Positions 1 to 12,465 of a DNA stretch of 64,000 nucleotides are shown one piece after another. The position numbers and the translations under genes were made by a program. Numbering within the stretch: position 1 is the stretch's first letter; each line of letters begins with the position of its first letter. The notes beneath the pieces are model-generated. The model saw nothing but the letters and a program-made list of their open reading frames with translations, made no database searches and was not told the origin of the DNA. The stretch is taken from positions 120,158,001-120,222,000 of the forward strand of contig NW_024704742.1 in assembly GCF_018977255.1 (NCBI RefSeq), written 5' to 3'. Source of the DNA: Callorhinchus milii. Its lineage: Eukaryota.

Positions 1-929
1 CAGGACCAGTCAGTTCAGTCTGGTACAGAGTTAGGGTCGTAGCTTCACCAAGCTGACGACCCCGTTGTGGGATTCAACAATGGCATTTATACAAGTATGG
101 GGAGGATCCTTCTCCTCCAATCGTTAGATTTGGTCATAGGTGACAATGTGGTCGAGATATAGGATGTGTATTGGGCAACTATCCATTGTCTCATACTCCA
201 AGGCTGCGGTTAGTCTGCGCATATATCTGTTGATTCGGGCTTACTTCCTTCATGGAAACAGTCGTAACTGGTTCCATGCAGTTGAGCTGTACGTTTCTAA
301 AATCAGATAACACAGCCTGCCAAGCTTCTCATTGCAGGGTTTACTAAAGGTTATAACTTTGTGCCTTTTTATCCATCAGAAGGTGGACGGGGTGGTAAAG
401 GAGGAGGTCAGGGAAGAGGTGAGGAATAGAAATAAAAAATGTATACTTAAGTCTGTGGAAGATTTGAAAGCCGGCACGCTGAAATGACGTCACACGATGT
501 TTGGGCCATTGGTCCAAGTGGGAGATTTCGAAATGGTGTCTCCAAGCCTGGAACCTCCTCACCTGGAACACTGAACCCTCGGCCCCTCGCTGGTCACTGC
601 CTGTTGGCTCACTCCCACCGTCACATTTCCCCTCTTGGTAGATTGTAATCATAGCAAGCAAGCCATCAACCAGATGATATCCCATTTTCCCCTAAAATGA
701 GGTAGGAAATAATAGCCACATATACTCTTGATCTCTACTACCAAGATCCATAGCCACTTGCTGAATCTTGCTTTCCTGTCCTTAAGGTAGATTTAGCCAT
801 AGGCAATTGAACACAGACTGATGATCATCCTTCTCAGACTGGAATCAAGAAAATAGTCGCTTGAGTTGGTTTGGGGCCACTGTGACTGCCATCTGTTTAT
901 GTTTGAATTTGAATAACAATGTCAGGAAT

Positions 930-1395
930 GTCAACAACAACAAATTATATTTATATAGCGCCTTTCAAATCGGGAGGACATCGCAAGGTGCTGGAGAATC
1001 AGGGATTGGACCCAAGCAGGGGGTTGGGATCAGGGTGGAGTGGAGGGCAGGGAGGCTAAAGGTAAGAAGGGTATTGAGACATGCCTTGAAGGAGGCAAAG
1101 GAGGAAGCAAGGCTAAGGGACTGTGGGGGCAGAGAGACTGAAGGCCTGACCACTGATGGTGGGGCTGGCAGGGGGTGTGGAGCAGACAGGAGTCTGCTGA
1201 GCGGAGGGAGTGGACAGATCGATGTGGAGTTAGCAGATCATAAAGGTAGGGAGGAGCAAGGCCGTGGGGGCTTTGAAGGTGAGAACAAGGATTTTGAACT
1301 CAATCTTGGGGGAGCGGGAGCCAGTGGAGCCGGGCAGGGGTGGTAATGGGGTCACAGAGCCTGGTGCGGGAAAGGACACGAGCTGCAGAGTTAGA
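930..1395 (-). mobile_element. Degenerate L2 3' fragment
   Basis: (CAA)n tail plus similarity to the 3' end of the 3373-5750 element. Confidence 0.75.
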
Positions 1396-1974
1396 AAATG
1401 AATGAATGTGTAATAACATCGCCTCCTGCATTGCCTGATACCATAGCTGGTTAAAAACTTGTCTTTGGTACTTGTTCACTGTTCTACACTGTAACAGGTT
1501 TAGCTGGTCCTGTTCTGGGTAGTGATGCCAGCAGTTGTGTCTTCCTCTTTCTTGTCTCCAAACACTATCGAGACTGGCTTTTTACAGATAATTATATATC
1601 CTGTACTTCATGCAGTTAGTCGCATAAGCCACCCCGACTTTCATCACCTGGTCACCCTTAACTACAGCTAGAACATTCTATACTATCTCAATTCCGCTTA
1701 TCAATCACACACAGCCTAATCTTACTCAACCTTACTTCTTGTTTTTCCTGCCCTCACGTGACTATGTTGGTCAGTTTCACTGACCAGTTCTGCAATCTAC
1801 ACAATCATCTTGATATTGCAACTAACATCTTTTGATATTCAAGCAGTTATCTTCCTTAGGCAATATCACACGATGAAGCAATGACATGAGTTGTTTTAAT
1901 CACTACACTCGCGCAACACAACATTCTGTTAATATAACTACATAATATATATATTTCTCAGCAATGCTGGGCAT

Positions 1975-3008
1975 GCGATCCTTCGGCAGCCTATCAGTAT
2001 TTTGCAGCACATATGCAATCGCAGCTAATTCTGCCTCCTGTACTGACCAATGATCAGGTAACTCAATCCCTCGCAAATACAGTCTATCAGGAAGGCAAGA
2101 GCATCTCTTACCAACCGCTGGGTCCTGCCGCTGCAAATGGTGATTGCCGCATGACTGATTTGGGTGAGAGAGGGATTGAGATGGGGGAAGAGGGTGGAGA
2201 GAGAGGAGGGGGGAAGAGAGGGGGTGAGGTGAGAGAGGTGAGAGAGAGGAGGCAGCAGGGACAGAGAGGGGGAAAGGGCATTCCCCCCCTCACACACACA
2301 CTCTCAATTACTCTCGCTGCCCTTCTCACACTATCTCACACTCTCTTCCCTCTCACACTCCACCTCCCCCATCTCAATCACTCTCCCCCTCCTCTCAATC
2401 ACTCTCTCCCCCCTCTCACACATTCTCCTTCTCTCAATTACTCTCACTCCTCTCCCACACTCACTCACTCTATCCCCATTCAAACTCTCAATCTCCCCAT
2501 CTGTTTTTTTCTCTCCCCCTCCCTCATTCACTCCCTCCCACCTCCCACTCTCCCCCCTTCTCTCAATCACTTTCACAGTCCCTCTCTCTCACTCCCTCTT
2601 TCTTACCTCTCACACACTCACTTCTTCCCCCCACCCTCTCTTTTCCCCCCACCTCCCTCCCCCATCTCTCTCCTCTCCCCCTCTCTCTGCACCTCCTCCC
2701 CCCACACCCCGAATGCCTTCTCTCTCCCAATCAGTCATAGAGATCTCTATCTGCAGTGACAGGAGCCAGTGGTTGGTTGCTGAGGATGTGATTGGTAAGA
2801 GACGCTCTTGCCCTCCTGACAGGCTGCAGTAACAGCCGGGATTATTTCCACTCTCCGCGCTGCATCCTCCCAACCGCCGGCTCCTGCCGCTGCCCTGGGA
2901 GGACGTCCACCAGGGAGGAAGGGAGTGGAAGTTGGAAATGGCCGTGAGACGCATAAAATCACCAGCTGGGCCGCATGCTGCCCGCGGGCCGCTTGTTTGA
3001 CCGCACTG
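1975..3008 (-). mobile_element. hAT-Charlie-like non-autonomous element with low-complexity GA/CT interior (left boundary uncertain)
   Basis: Minus-strand terminus CAGTGCGGTCAAACAAGCGGCCCGCGGGCAGCATGCGGCCC resembles Charlie-type ends. Confidence 0.55.
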
Positions 3009-3089
3009 ACATAGACAATGAAAGAGACCGAAAAAGTGCCCACAATTGTGAGGTGTCTGGATTACCGAGGTGACCACAAAACAGGTTTC

Positions 3090-3355
3090 TAGTGTAGCTA
3101 CGTTTCTCCTTAAACCATGCAAGCTGTGCTTTAACCACGTCTGTTTCATTGCTTTCGGGTTTTTATTTTTATCCGGGTTACAATTACTCTCCCATTCTTG
3201 AATTGTGGCATCTTTGCTCTTCAGGATTCTTGATACTTGAGCCTGGGAAATCTTAAAGCTTTGCTGCTAATATCACTTGACTTCTGTTCTTCTGCCCTTT
3301 CGAGAAGTTTTAACCTTCTCACTAAGTTGCAAGTTTTTGCAAGAGCCCTTCTGTT
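3090..3355 (-). mobile_element. pogo/Tigger-like transposase N-terminal (CENP-B-type HTH) relic
   Basis: Frameshifted translation LSEKVKLLERAE...SQAQVSRILKSKDATIQEWESNCNPDK...DVVKAQLAWFKEKR. Confidence 0.65.
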
Positions 3356-3372
3356 ACCACGTAAAGTAAAAA

Positions 3373-5750
3373 CAACAACAACAACAACAACAAGATTCCA
3401 TTTATAAAGCGCCTTTCACGTCAGGAGGACGTCCCAAGGCGCTGCACAGTTGGGTCATGACCCGAGCAGGGGGGAAATGGTCAGGGTGAGGGGAGGGAAG
3501 GGAGGGAGCGAGGAGGGGGAAATGGTCAGGGTGAGGGGAGGGAAGGGAGGGAGCGAGGAGGGGAAGAGAGTCGAGAGGGGAGCTGAAGGCACGGTCAAAG
3601 AGAAAGGTTTTGAGACCGGCCTTGAAGGAGGAAAGGGAGGAAGCAAGGCGAAGGCACTGGGGGATGGAGTTCCAGAGCCTGGGGCTGAGAGGCTGAAGGC
3701 CCGACCACCGATGGTAGGGCGGTTGGGGCGGGGGACGTGGAGCAGACCGGAGCCAGAGGAACGGAGGGTACGGGCAGGTAGGTAGGGGGATAGTAGGTTG
3801 GAGAGGTAGGAGGGAGCAAGGCCGTGAATGGCCTTGTAGGTGAGGATGAGGATCTTGAAATCAATCCTCTGGGGGATGGGGAGCCAGTGGAGGCGAGCGA
3901 GGGTGGGAGTGATGTGGTCCCGAAGCCTGGTGCGGGACAGTACACGAGCTGCAGAGTTCTGAATGACCTGCAGCTTGTGGAGGGAGGTGGCGGGAAGGCC
4001 GGCGAGGAGAGAGTTCCCATAGTCCAGCCTTGAGGTGACAAAGGCGTGGACCAGGGTTTCAGCAGCGTGAGGGGTGAGGTAGTGCCGTAGTCTGGCGATG
4101 TTCCGGAGGTGATGGAAGGCGGTGCCAGTTGTGGTGCGGATGTGAGGGAGAAAGGACAGCTCAGGGTCGAACAAAACGCCGAGGTTCCTGACTGGCTTTG
4201 AGAGGTGGAGAGTGCAGCCTTGGATGCTGATGGTGTCAGCGCCTGAGGTGCGGAGGCGCTGACGTGAGCCAATCAGGAGGGCCTCGGTTTTTCGCACGTT
4301 GAGCTGAAGAAAGTTGTCTCTCGTCCAGGACTCGATGTCGGACAGGCAGGCTGTCAGGACATCGGTGGTCGTGGAGTTGAGAGTAGAGGAGGAAAGGTAG
4401 AGTTGGGTGTCATCCGCATACATGTGGAAGTTAACTCCATGTCTGCGGATGATGTCACCAAGGGGGAGCATATAGAGGGTGAAGAGGAGGGGACCGAGGA
4501 CAGAGCCCTGAGGGACACCACATGAGACAGTGCGGGGGGTGGAGGAGAAGCCATTCGTCGAGACAAAGTGAAGACGGTGAGAAAGGTACGACCTAAACCA
4601 TTCAAGGACAGTGCCTTGAAGGTTGAGGTGGGAGGACAAGCGGTGGAGTAGGATAGCGTGGTCGACCGTATCGAATGCTGCCGATAGGTCGAGGAGGACG
4701 AGGAGACAGAGGGAGCCCTGGTCACAGATGGTCAGGATATCATTGGTGACCTTGACCAGGGCAGTTTCTGTGCTATGGGCAGCACGGAAACCTGACTGAA
4801 GGGGTTCGAAAAGAGAATGGGTGGAAAGGAAAGAGCGCAGTTGGGAGGCGACAACTCTTTCCAAGACCTTGGAGAGAAAGGGGAGGTTGGAGATGGGCCG
4901 GTAGCTTGATAGCTGCGACGCATCAAGGGAGGGTTTTTTCAGGGTGGGCGTGATGATGGCAGTTTTTAATGGAATGGGGACAGAGCCAGAGGAGAGGGAC
5001 AGGTTGATGATGTCAGTGATATGTGGGGCAAGAAAGTGGAGCTGGGAGATAAGGAGTGGAGTGGGGATGGGGTCAAGGGAGCAGGTGGTTGGTTTTAGGG
5101 ATAGGATGAGTTCAGTGACAGAGGGTGGGGAAACGGGTACGAAGGTGTGTAGGGGAGGATGGGTAGGAGTCGGAGTGTGGGAGGGAAGGGGTGGGTGGTG
5201 GGTGGAAGTTGGAGGGGAAGTGACCGCGGAGCGGATTCCCTTGATCTTGGATTCAAGGAAATCCAGCATCTCCTCGCAGTGAAGGTTGGAGGAGATGACC
5301 TGCGCGGGGTGGCGGGGGGGACGGAGGAGTCGGGTTGTGGTGGAAAACAGTAGCCTGGGGTTGTTCTTCGCCTCCAGGATTATCCTGGAGTAGAAGGACG
5401 ACTTGGCCGAGGCTAGAGTGGAGCGGTAAATTTTGAGGAGGTCCAGCCAGATTTGTCGGTGGACCGTTAGGCCAGATTTGACACAGGTGCGTTCAGCAGC
5501 CCGCACCTGGCTTTTCAGTGAGCGGAGGTGGGTGGTGTACCAGGGGGAGGAGCGGGAGTAGGAGACAGTGCGGGAAGTGATGGGGGCAAGAGTATCGAGT
5601 GTGGAGGAGAGGGTATTGTGGAGGAGGGAGAGAGGAGAAGAGGGGTCGGTGAGGGTTGAAGGCCAGAGGGATAGGAGTTCAGAGGACTCCAAGGCATCGG
5701 TTAGGGATTGTGGGGGTAACTTCTTCCAAGGGCGGTAGAAGATGGTGGTG
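3373..5750 (-). mobile_element. L2-clade LINE, 5'-truncated, with long open reverse transcriptase frame and (TTG)n tail
   Basis: ORF 3455-5692 has [42 protein letters not shown] and the L2-type C-terminus LHWLPI..RIDFK. Frameshift near the 3' end; duplicated segment in the 3' UTR. Confidence 0.93.
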
Positions 5751-6383
5751 GGTCAAAACAAGTGACATAATTTTCTAGAAAGTTGTACTTACGTAAAAAA
5801 TAGTAAGCGATCCTAATTATAGACTATGCTGTGGAGCGTAGGTGCTTAGTGTAGAATATAGTGATTTAGGACTGTGCGTTTATCTGGAATCAAATTAATT
5901 GGTTTTATACAAATGTTCACGAGGAAAGTTATGTGTTAACCCGAATTATTTATATTCCCAGTATTCAATTAATGGGTCTGTGTTCTTAGATTAGCCTTGC
6001 AAATGGTTTAAGATTTCTAAATTCTATTCAATAAACCAAATTATTCAATTAAATGAACTTCACCGTATGTTACTAACTCAGTCCTCAAGATGTAGACAAA
6101 ATTACCTGATATAATGCTTCTGGTATCAGATTCCTGCAGCAATGATACTTTTTACTTTATAAAGTATGATTAGTTTTTTAAAGTAACTATTCCAATTGAT
6201 TCAGAAGTGGCTGGTAGTACCGACAACAGATGATTTAATAGAAACTAGAATAAAAGCAGAAAGTTACACTCAGTATTTGAAAACATTTTAAAGAAGAATT
6301 GTTCAAAAATTCTGCAGGACTTCTCCTTCCTTAATGAAGCCCCTTCTCTGCTCCCCAAGTTTTCTATCTCCACCAGGCTTCAG

Positions 6384-7004
6384 CAACAACAACAGCTTGC
6401 ATTACATAGCTCCCATCATGCAGGGTAGCGTCCCGGAGCGCTTCATAGTGGCGGAGTCTGACCCTGAGCTGGGGTAGAGAGAGGGGGGAGGTGACCGTAA
6501 GCACGATCAAAAAGGAAGATTTTTAGGTGGGATTTGAAGGTGGGGAGGGGCAAGGTGGAGGGATTGAGAAAAAGATTTCCAAAGTTTTGGGGCATAGTGG
6601 CTGAAGGCCTGGCCACCAACGGTGGACGGAGGGGACGAAGGACAAACAGGAGGCCAGAGGGTGGGGGAGTGGAGGGTAAGCAGGTCGGAGAGGTAAAGAG
6701 GTGCGAGGGCATGAAGGAATTTGAAAAGGAGTGAGAGGATCTTGAAATCGATCCGTTTGGTGGTTGGGAGCCAGAGGAGCCTAGCAAGGACTGGTGTGAT
6801 GGGGGTACAGAGCTTTGTGCGGGTCAGTATCCGGGCCGGGGAGTTTTGAATTAATTGGATTTTGGGTATGCTGGGGAGACCAGCAAGGAGGACGCTGGGA
6901 TAGTCCAGCCGGGAAGTGACGGAGGTGTAGATGAGGGTTTCAGCTGCATCGTTTATGAGGTACGGATGGAGGTGGGCAATGTGGTGGAGGTGGAAAAAAG
7001 CAGT
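6384..7004 (-). mobile_element. L2 3' fragment
   Basis: SRLDYPSVLLAGLP..ARLLWLP..RIDFKIL; tail at about 6384. Confidence 0.85.
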
Positions 7005-8500
7005 CAACAACAACAATAACTTGGATTTATATAGCACCCTCCACGCCGGACGGCGTCTCAGAGCGCTTTACAGTAACAGGTCCCGGGACAGAGCCAGGGG
7101 GAGGGAGAAGAAGGTGACCAAAGGCGTGGTCAAAAAGAAAGGTCTTCAGAGACATGAAAATGGGAAGGGAGAGAGTGAGGCGAAGGGAGTGCGGAAGGCA
7201 TAGTGGCCTGAAGGCACGGCCGCCAAGGGTTGAGCGGAGGACTCGGGGGACGAGGAGGAGGATAGACCCGGAGGAATGGAGGCAACGGGTACTGTTTTGA
7301 GGAGAGAGGAGGTCAGAGAGGTAGGGGGGGTCAGAGGAGTGCAGGGACTTGAATACAAGGGTGAGGATCTTGAAATGGATCCTCTCTGGGATAGGCAGCC
7401 AGTGCAAGGACTGGGGTGATTGGGGAGCGGAGTTTCGTGCGGATGAGAATGCGGGCGGCAGTTTTGATTGAATTTGATTTCATGGATGGTAGTGGATGGG
7501 AGACCGGCGAGGAGGGCATTTGAATAGTCCAGCCGATAGGTGACAAAGGCATGGACTAGGGTTTCAGCGGCTTTTGGGAGAGGTATTGACGGAGATGGGC
7601 AATGCGTCGGAGATGGAAGAAAGCGGCGCTGGTGAGGGACCGGATGTGGGGGAGGAAGGATAATTGGGGGTCGAACCTGACGCCTAGGTTGCATATGGGT
7701 TTGGAGAGTCTGAGGCAGAGCCCAGGGAGGTTGAGGAGTTCAGACCTGCAGGAGAAAAGACATTGATGGGAACCAAAGAGTATGGCTTCTGTCTTGCTGA
7801 CATTCAGCTGCAGGAAATTTGCGCTCATCCGGGCCTAGATGACCGTCAAACAAGCTGACAGGACATCAGCGGGCTGGGAGTTGCAGCTGGAGAAGTAGAT
7901 TTGTGTGTCATCCGCATACATGTGGAAGTTGATCAATGTCTGTCGATTACATTGCCGAGAGGAAGCATGTAGAGAAAAATAAAGGGGCCAAGTATGGAGT
8001 CTTGGTGTACTCCGCAGGTGATTGGGTGGGGGTGAGAGGAAAATCCATTTGCCGAGATGAAGTGCTGATGGTTGATTAAGTAGGATTCGGAAACATGCGA
8101 GTGGGGTCCCACCAAGGTGGATGAGAGAGGAGAGGTGGAGGAGTATGGCGTGATCAACTGTTGAACAAAGCGAAGAGGTCCAGGAGCGCAAGGAGGCAGA
8201 GGAAGCCCTGGTCACAGAGGATGTCATTTGCTACTTTGATGAGTGCTTTTTTGTGCTGTGGGCTGGGCGGTTTGAAACGAAATAGTGTGTGAGGTTGAAG
8301 GGACCAACTGTAGGTTTTTTAAGGAGGGGCGTGATGACAGATGTTTCGAGGGGGAGTGGGACTGAGCCTGAGGAGAGGGATTGATTTATTGTGTCAGCCA
8401 GCAGTGGACAGAGGAGGGGGAAATGAGGGACCAGCAGCTGGGTGGGGAGGATATCGAGGCAGCAGGTGGTGGGTTTCATCTGGGTGATGGAGGCGAAGGA
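7005..8500 (-). mobile_element. L2 fragment with frameshifted RT
   Basis: ORF pieces [39 protein letters not shown]; (CAA) tail at 7005. Confidence 0.88.
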
Positions 8501-9391
8501 GTGTAGGTTTCATCACACCCATATAGAGGATGTCCCATCTCAACTGAATATTTGACTTTCACACCAACCTACTTTAACATTGTTATGAAACATTTGCAAT
8601 TTCCTATTCACATATTCACTTATCAACCTGTTATGATCAGAACAGCCAGGGACTTTTCAGCTGGAGATGTCTCTACATCATTGTTGGTCCATTTCACAAG
8701 AGTCTCAAATAGTGTAGATCAAGACAGACTGACTATTTGGTATCTTGGGCCAGTTAAAGGTGAGAACGATTAAGACCCAACTTTTCGACTGTGCTTTGTG
8801 TTATTTGTTTCTTCTCCACCCCCCCACAGCAGCTCGAGGGCCCAGTCAGTTGTGTAATGTGCTTTGAAATGTCCTCCGCATGTGCAAGTCACTGTATAAA
8901 TGTAAATTGCACAATATATGAGAATAATTTGCTTTAAGTTGGGTCAGTGGGTGATAGTGGAGAAATCCAATACAAGTCAGACATGTACATGTTTGATATT
9001 ATGAATTTGATGTTAACTTGTAAATTACAATTTTTAGCATTTAACAGGATTATCTGAAAGTCTGTTTTTCTTTAAACCTGTATGATTTCCCATGTCTTGT
9101 AATTTGTACATTAAAATTATCTTTCAACATTTTGCATGTGTTGCTCTTCTTTAGATAACATATGTGCACTTTTTTCTGGTTTTCTTTTAGTAAACTTACA
9201 TGGGTTGAGGCTTAGCTTCATTTAGTATAACTACCAGAGTAATTGCACTGTATAATCTAAATGCAACTATCTATAAGACCATAAATCATAAATGCTCCCT
9301 AAAGATTTTCTGAGTTTCCTGACTTTCAGGTTGACCTTATGCTGGGACTAATACCAGTCTCCTTTAATAGTTGCATGATGAAATCTGCATT

Positions 9392-9806
9392 ACAACAAGA
9401 TTTCATTTATAGAGCGCCTTTCACGTCGGGAGGATGTCCCAAGGCGCTGGACAGTTGGGTTGGGACCCGAGCAGGGGGGAAATGATCAGGGTGAGGGGAG
9501 GAAAGGGAGGGAGCGAGGAGGGGGTAGAGAGTCGAGAGGGGAGCTGAAGGCACGGTCGAAGAGAAAGGTCTAGAGACCGGCCTTGAAGGAGGAAAGGGAG
9601 GAGGCGGCGAAGGCACTGGGGGATGGAGTTCCAGAGCCTAGGGGCTGAGACCCGGCCACCGATGGTAGGGCGGGGGATGTGGAGCAGACCGGAGCCAGAG
9701 GAACGGAAGGTACGGGCAGGTAAGTAGGGGGATAGTAGGTCAGAGAGGAAGGAGGGAGCGAGGCCGTGAATGGCCTTGTAGGTGAGGACTAGGATCTTGA
9801 ACTCCG
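9392..9806 (-). mobile_element. L2 3' fragment, same subfamily as 3373-5750
   Basis: [23 protein letters not shown]; 3' UTR closely similar to 3400-3860. Confidence 0.88.
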
Positions 9807-11929
9807 TTTCATAAGGCAAGAAAAAAGATGGGTCAGTCTTTACAGCTCACAAGACCAGTTTGGTGATCTCATCCCTCCAACAACCCAATAAGGCACTTGT
9901 GTTTGCGGTTCTTCCACATTATTTAGTTAAGAGCTGAAACAAGTACCATTTTCTTATGTTATTTCAGCATTGCAAAAGATGATGCACGTCTTTATGAAAC
10001 ACTAATGTCAAATCTCAGGAGTAGTATTCTCTTGCAATCCTGCATTTGACAGTCTGTTGTATTCAGCTGAAGGATCATTAGTTGTTCTGTTGGTTTGTTT
10101 AAATAATCGGGGAACGAGGAGATAAAGAAATAAAATCTAGGGATTTATTTTGTCCTTTTGGGACAATGCGCCCTTATACTGACCTGCCCTATGAAAAAAT
10201 TGCCGTAGTGTATTGCTGGTTACCTTGGTTGCTAGTAGCTTACCTTGAGGTGAAACATTATCTCACACAGGCACGGAATAGTGTTTTGTTGCCAGATGTT
10301 GGGCCAAGTGATTAACACCAGTGTCGAAGCTGCAATGTGGCCACTCAGATGTGACAGTCCCTCTATTTATGAAGTAAACAACTTCAACATGGTTTAAGAG
10401 ATGCAACTACTTATCTTCAGTTTGTGATATGGTAAATAAAACTACACACGACTAAACAGTTTGATTAGTAAGGGAATAGAGGATTACAGTAGTACATTGG
10501 TTATCTACATGTTCATTTATGTGTATAAGGCTCGAAAGCAAAAACTGATAGGGCTGGAAATACCAGCAAAATACGGTTGTATGCATGTATGAAGGTGTGT
10601 GAGGAAAAGGTATCTAAGGACTGATCCTAACTATATCAATCACTATCCTAGCAATGTCATACACACACAAGAACTTCACACAAATGTGCAACAGTATTTT
10701 TTTGCCAGTAGCCTTTATACTTTCAGTTTACAGTGAAGGGTTAGAGATACTGTCCTGATACACATAAGGAAAAAAGGTCAAAATGGCAGCAAAGCCTGGA
10801 CCTAAATGAGTACAGCAAACATATTTTAGTTAGTGCTGCAGCTAATTTGTATTTTACACATTGTCCAATTATTCCCATGAACTTGCTTATCCACAAAAAG
10901 GCCCAACTCCTCTAATCAGCTCTACTGTAAAAGATTTGTCATGCTAGAATCAAAATAGCGGAACAGTCAACAGACCAAATGTCTCATTCCTGGTCCTGCA
11001 TTCCCAGATAATTGCATATCTTAAAATAGTTTCCTTTGTGGGTTTGGAGAAGCAGTTATTATGGTAGAATGGGACTTTTACACTGGACAGCTCTGTTGGA
11101 CAACTATTCAAGCATTTGATAGCTATTCAAGCATTTGCAACATATCGGACATAGGTAGTTTAGCTTAGTCCCAACACAGACTCATTCGGCCAAATGGTCC
11201 GTTCCCATGCTGTATTCTATGCAAAAGAAATGTTCTGCTCTGAAGGGATTCAAAGCATCACGTCAGTACCTGCTTTTCGGTTGGCCTTTTTTGTTTGTTA
11301 ACCCTACATTCCAGTCTCTCACATTCCTTAATGCTTTTACTTCTAAAGGGCTTCTCCTTTAGTTTTCTAGGTACTTTTAAAGAAAACTGTAGAGTAAAAT
11401 AGGGAAGTTAAAATGGTTCATCACTTAGACATATAAACGGGACATGGGTTCTCACCTGTGGCTCTTTAACATGGGAGCAAAATGAGAAGCAAACATATAC
11501 TATAAATTCAATGAGTTAGCTTCAAGCAAGGTAAATCAATCCACATCAAATCTTTCTTCCCTAGATAGAGTGCAGTGCAGATTGTTTTTCAAGAGAGGCA
11601 GAGTATTTCTGGCAGCAAAATGTTAAACAGCAATTCAAAACTTGTAGAAATTAGTATTGCCATTGCTTTACAAGAGTTGTCCCAATGTGTAAAGAGTAAA
11701 TACATTATCCAGTATAGTGTCCAATACAAACTTTACAAAAGCTCGACAAGAGGTGTGCAAATATTAAAAACCTTTAATTCCTCACTAGGCAGCCATTGCT
11801 TGACCACCCTGAACACAGTACAGAGATCATCTAAGCAAGTCCCATTTCAGTTTTTTTTCACCACCAGAGATGGCAGTCCAGCCAAGTCTCAATTCACAGT
11901 GCTTTCAATCGTTCAGGAAAGTATATAGT

Positions 11930-12465
11930 GGTGTCCCCCACTGCTATTTTTGATCTATATAAATGACCTGGACTGGGTATAGGGAGTACAATTTCCAAGT
12001 TTGCAGATGATACAAAGCTAGGAAAAGTAGCAAACGGTGAGGAAGATAGTCGCAGACTGCAAGAGGACATACAGACTGGTGAAATGGGCAAACACGTAAC
12101 TGATTAAATTTATTATGGAGAAATGAGAAGTGATGCATTTTGGTAGGAAGAATGAAGAAAGGCAATATAAGCTGATGGTACAATCTTAAAGGGTGTGAAG
12201 GAACAGAGAGACCTGGGGGTTCATCTTTGAAGGTGGCAGGATAGGTGGATAAAACTGTTAAAAAAGCATACAGGATACTCGGCTTTATAAATAGGGGCAC
12301 AAAATACAAAAGGAGGTTTTGATGAATCTTCATAAAATACTGCTTAGGCCTCAGCTAGAGTACTGTGTTCAGTTCTGGACACCACACTTTAGGAAGGATG
12401 TCAATGCCTTGGATTGGGTGCAAAAGAGATTTACCAGGATGGTACCAAGAATGAGGGACTTCAGT
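11930..12465 (+). mobile_element. CR1-clade LINE RT fragment
   Basis: tccaagtttgcagatgatacaaagcta (SKFADDTKL) and aggcctcagctagagtactgtgttcagttctgg (RPQLEYCVQFW). Confidence 0.85.

Noticed and set aside
2013..2759. 248-aa ORF rich in Ser/Leu/Pro/His
   Set aside because: Low-complexity GA/CT sequence with no domain features.
3455..5692. 745-aa RT ORF as an autonomous or domesticated gene
   Set aside because: 5'-truncated (no endonuclease, non-ATG start) and frameshifted near the C-terminus; an ordinary dead-on-arrival L2 copy.
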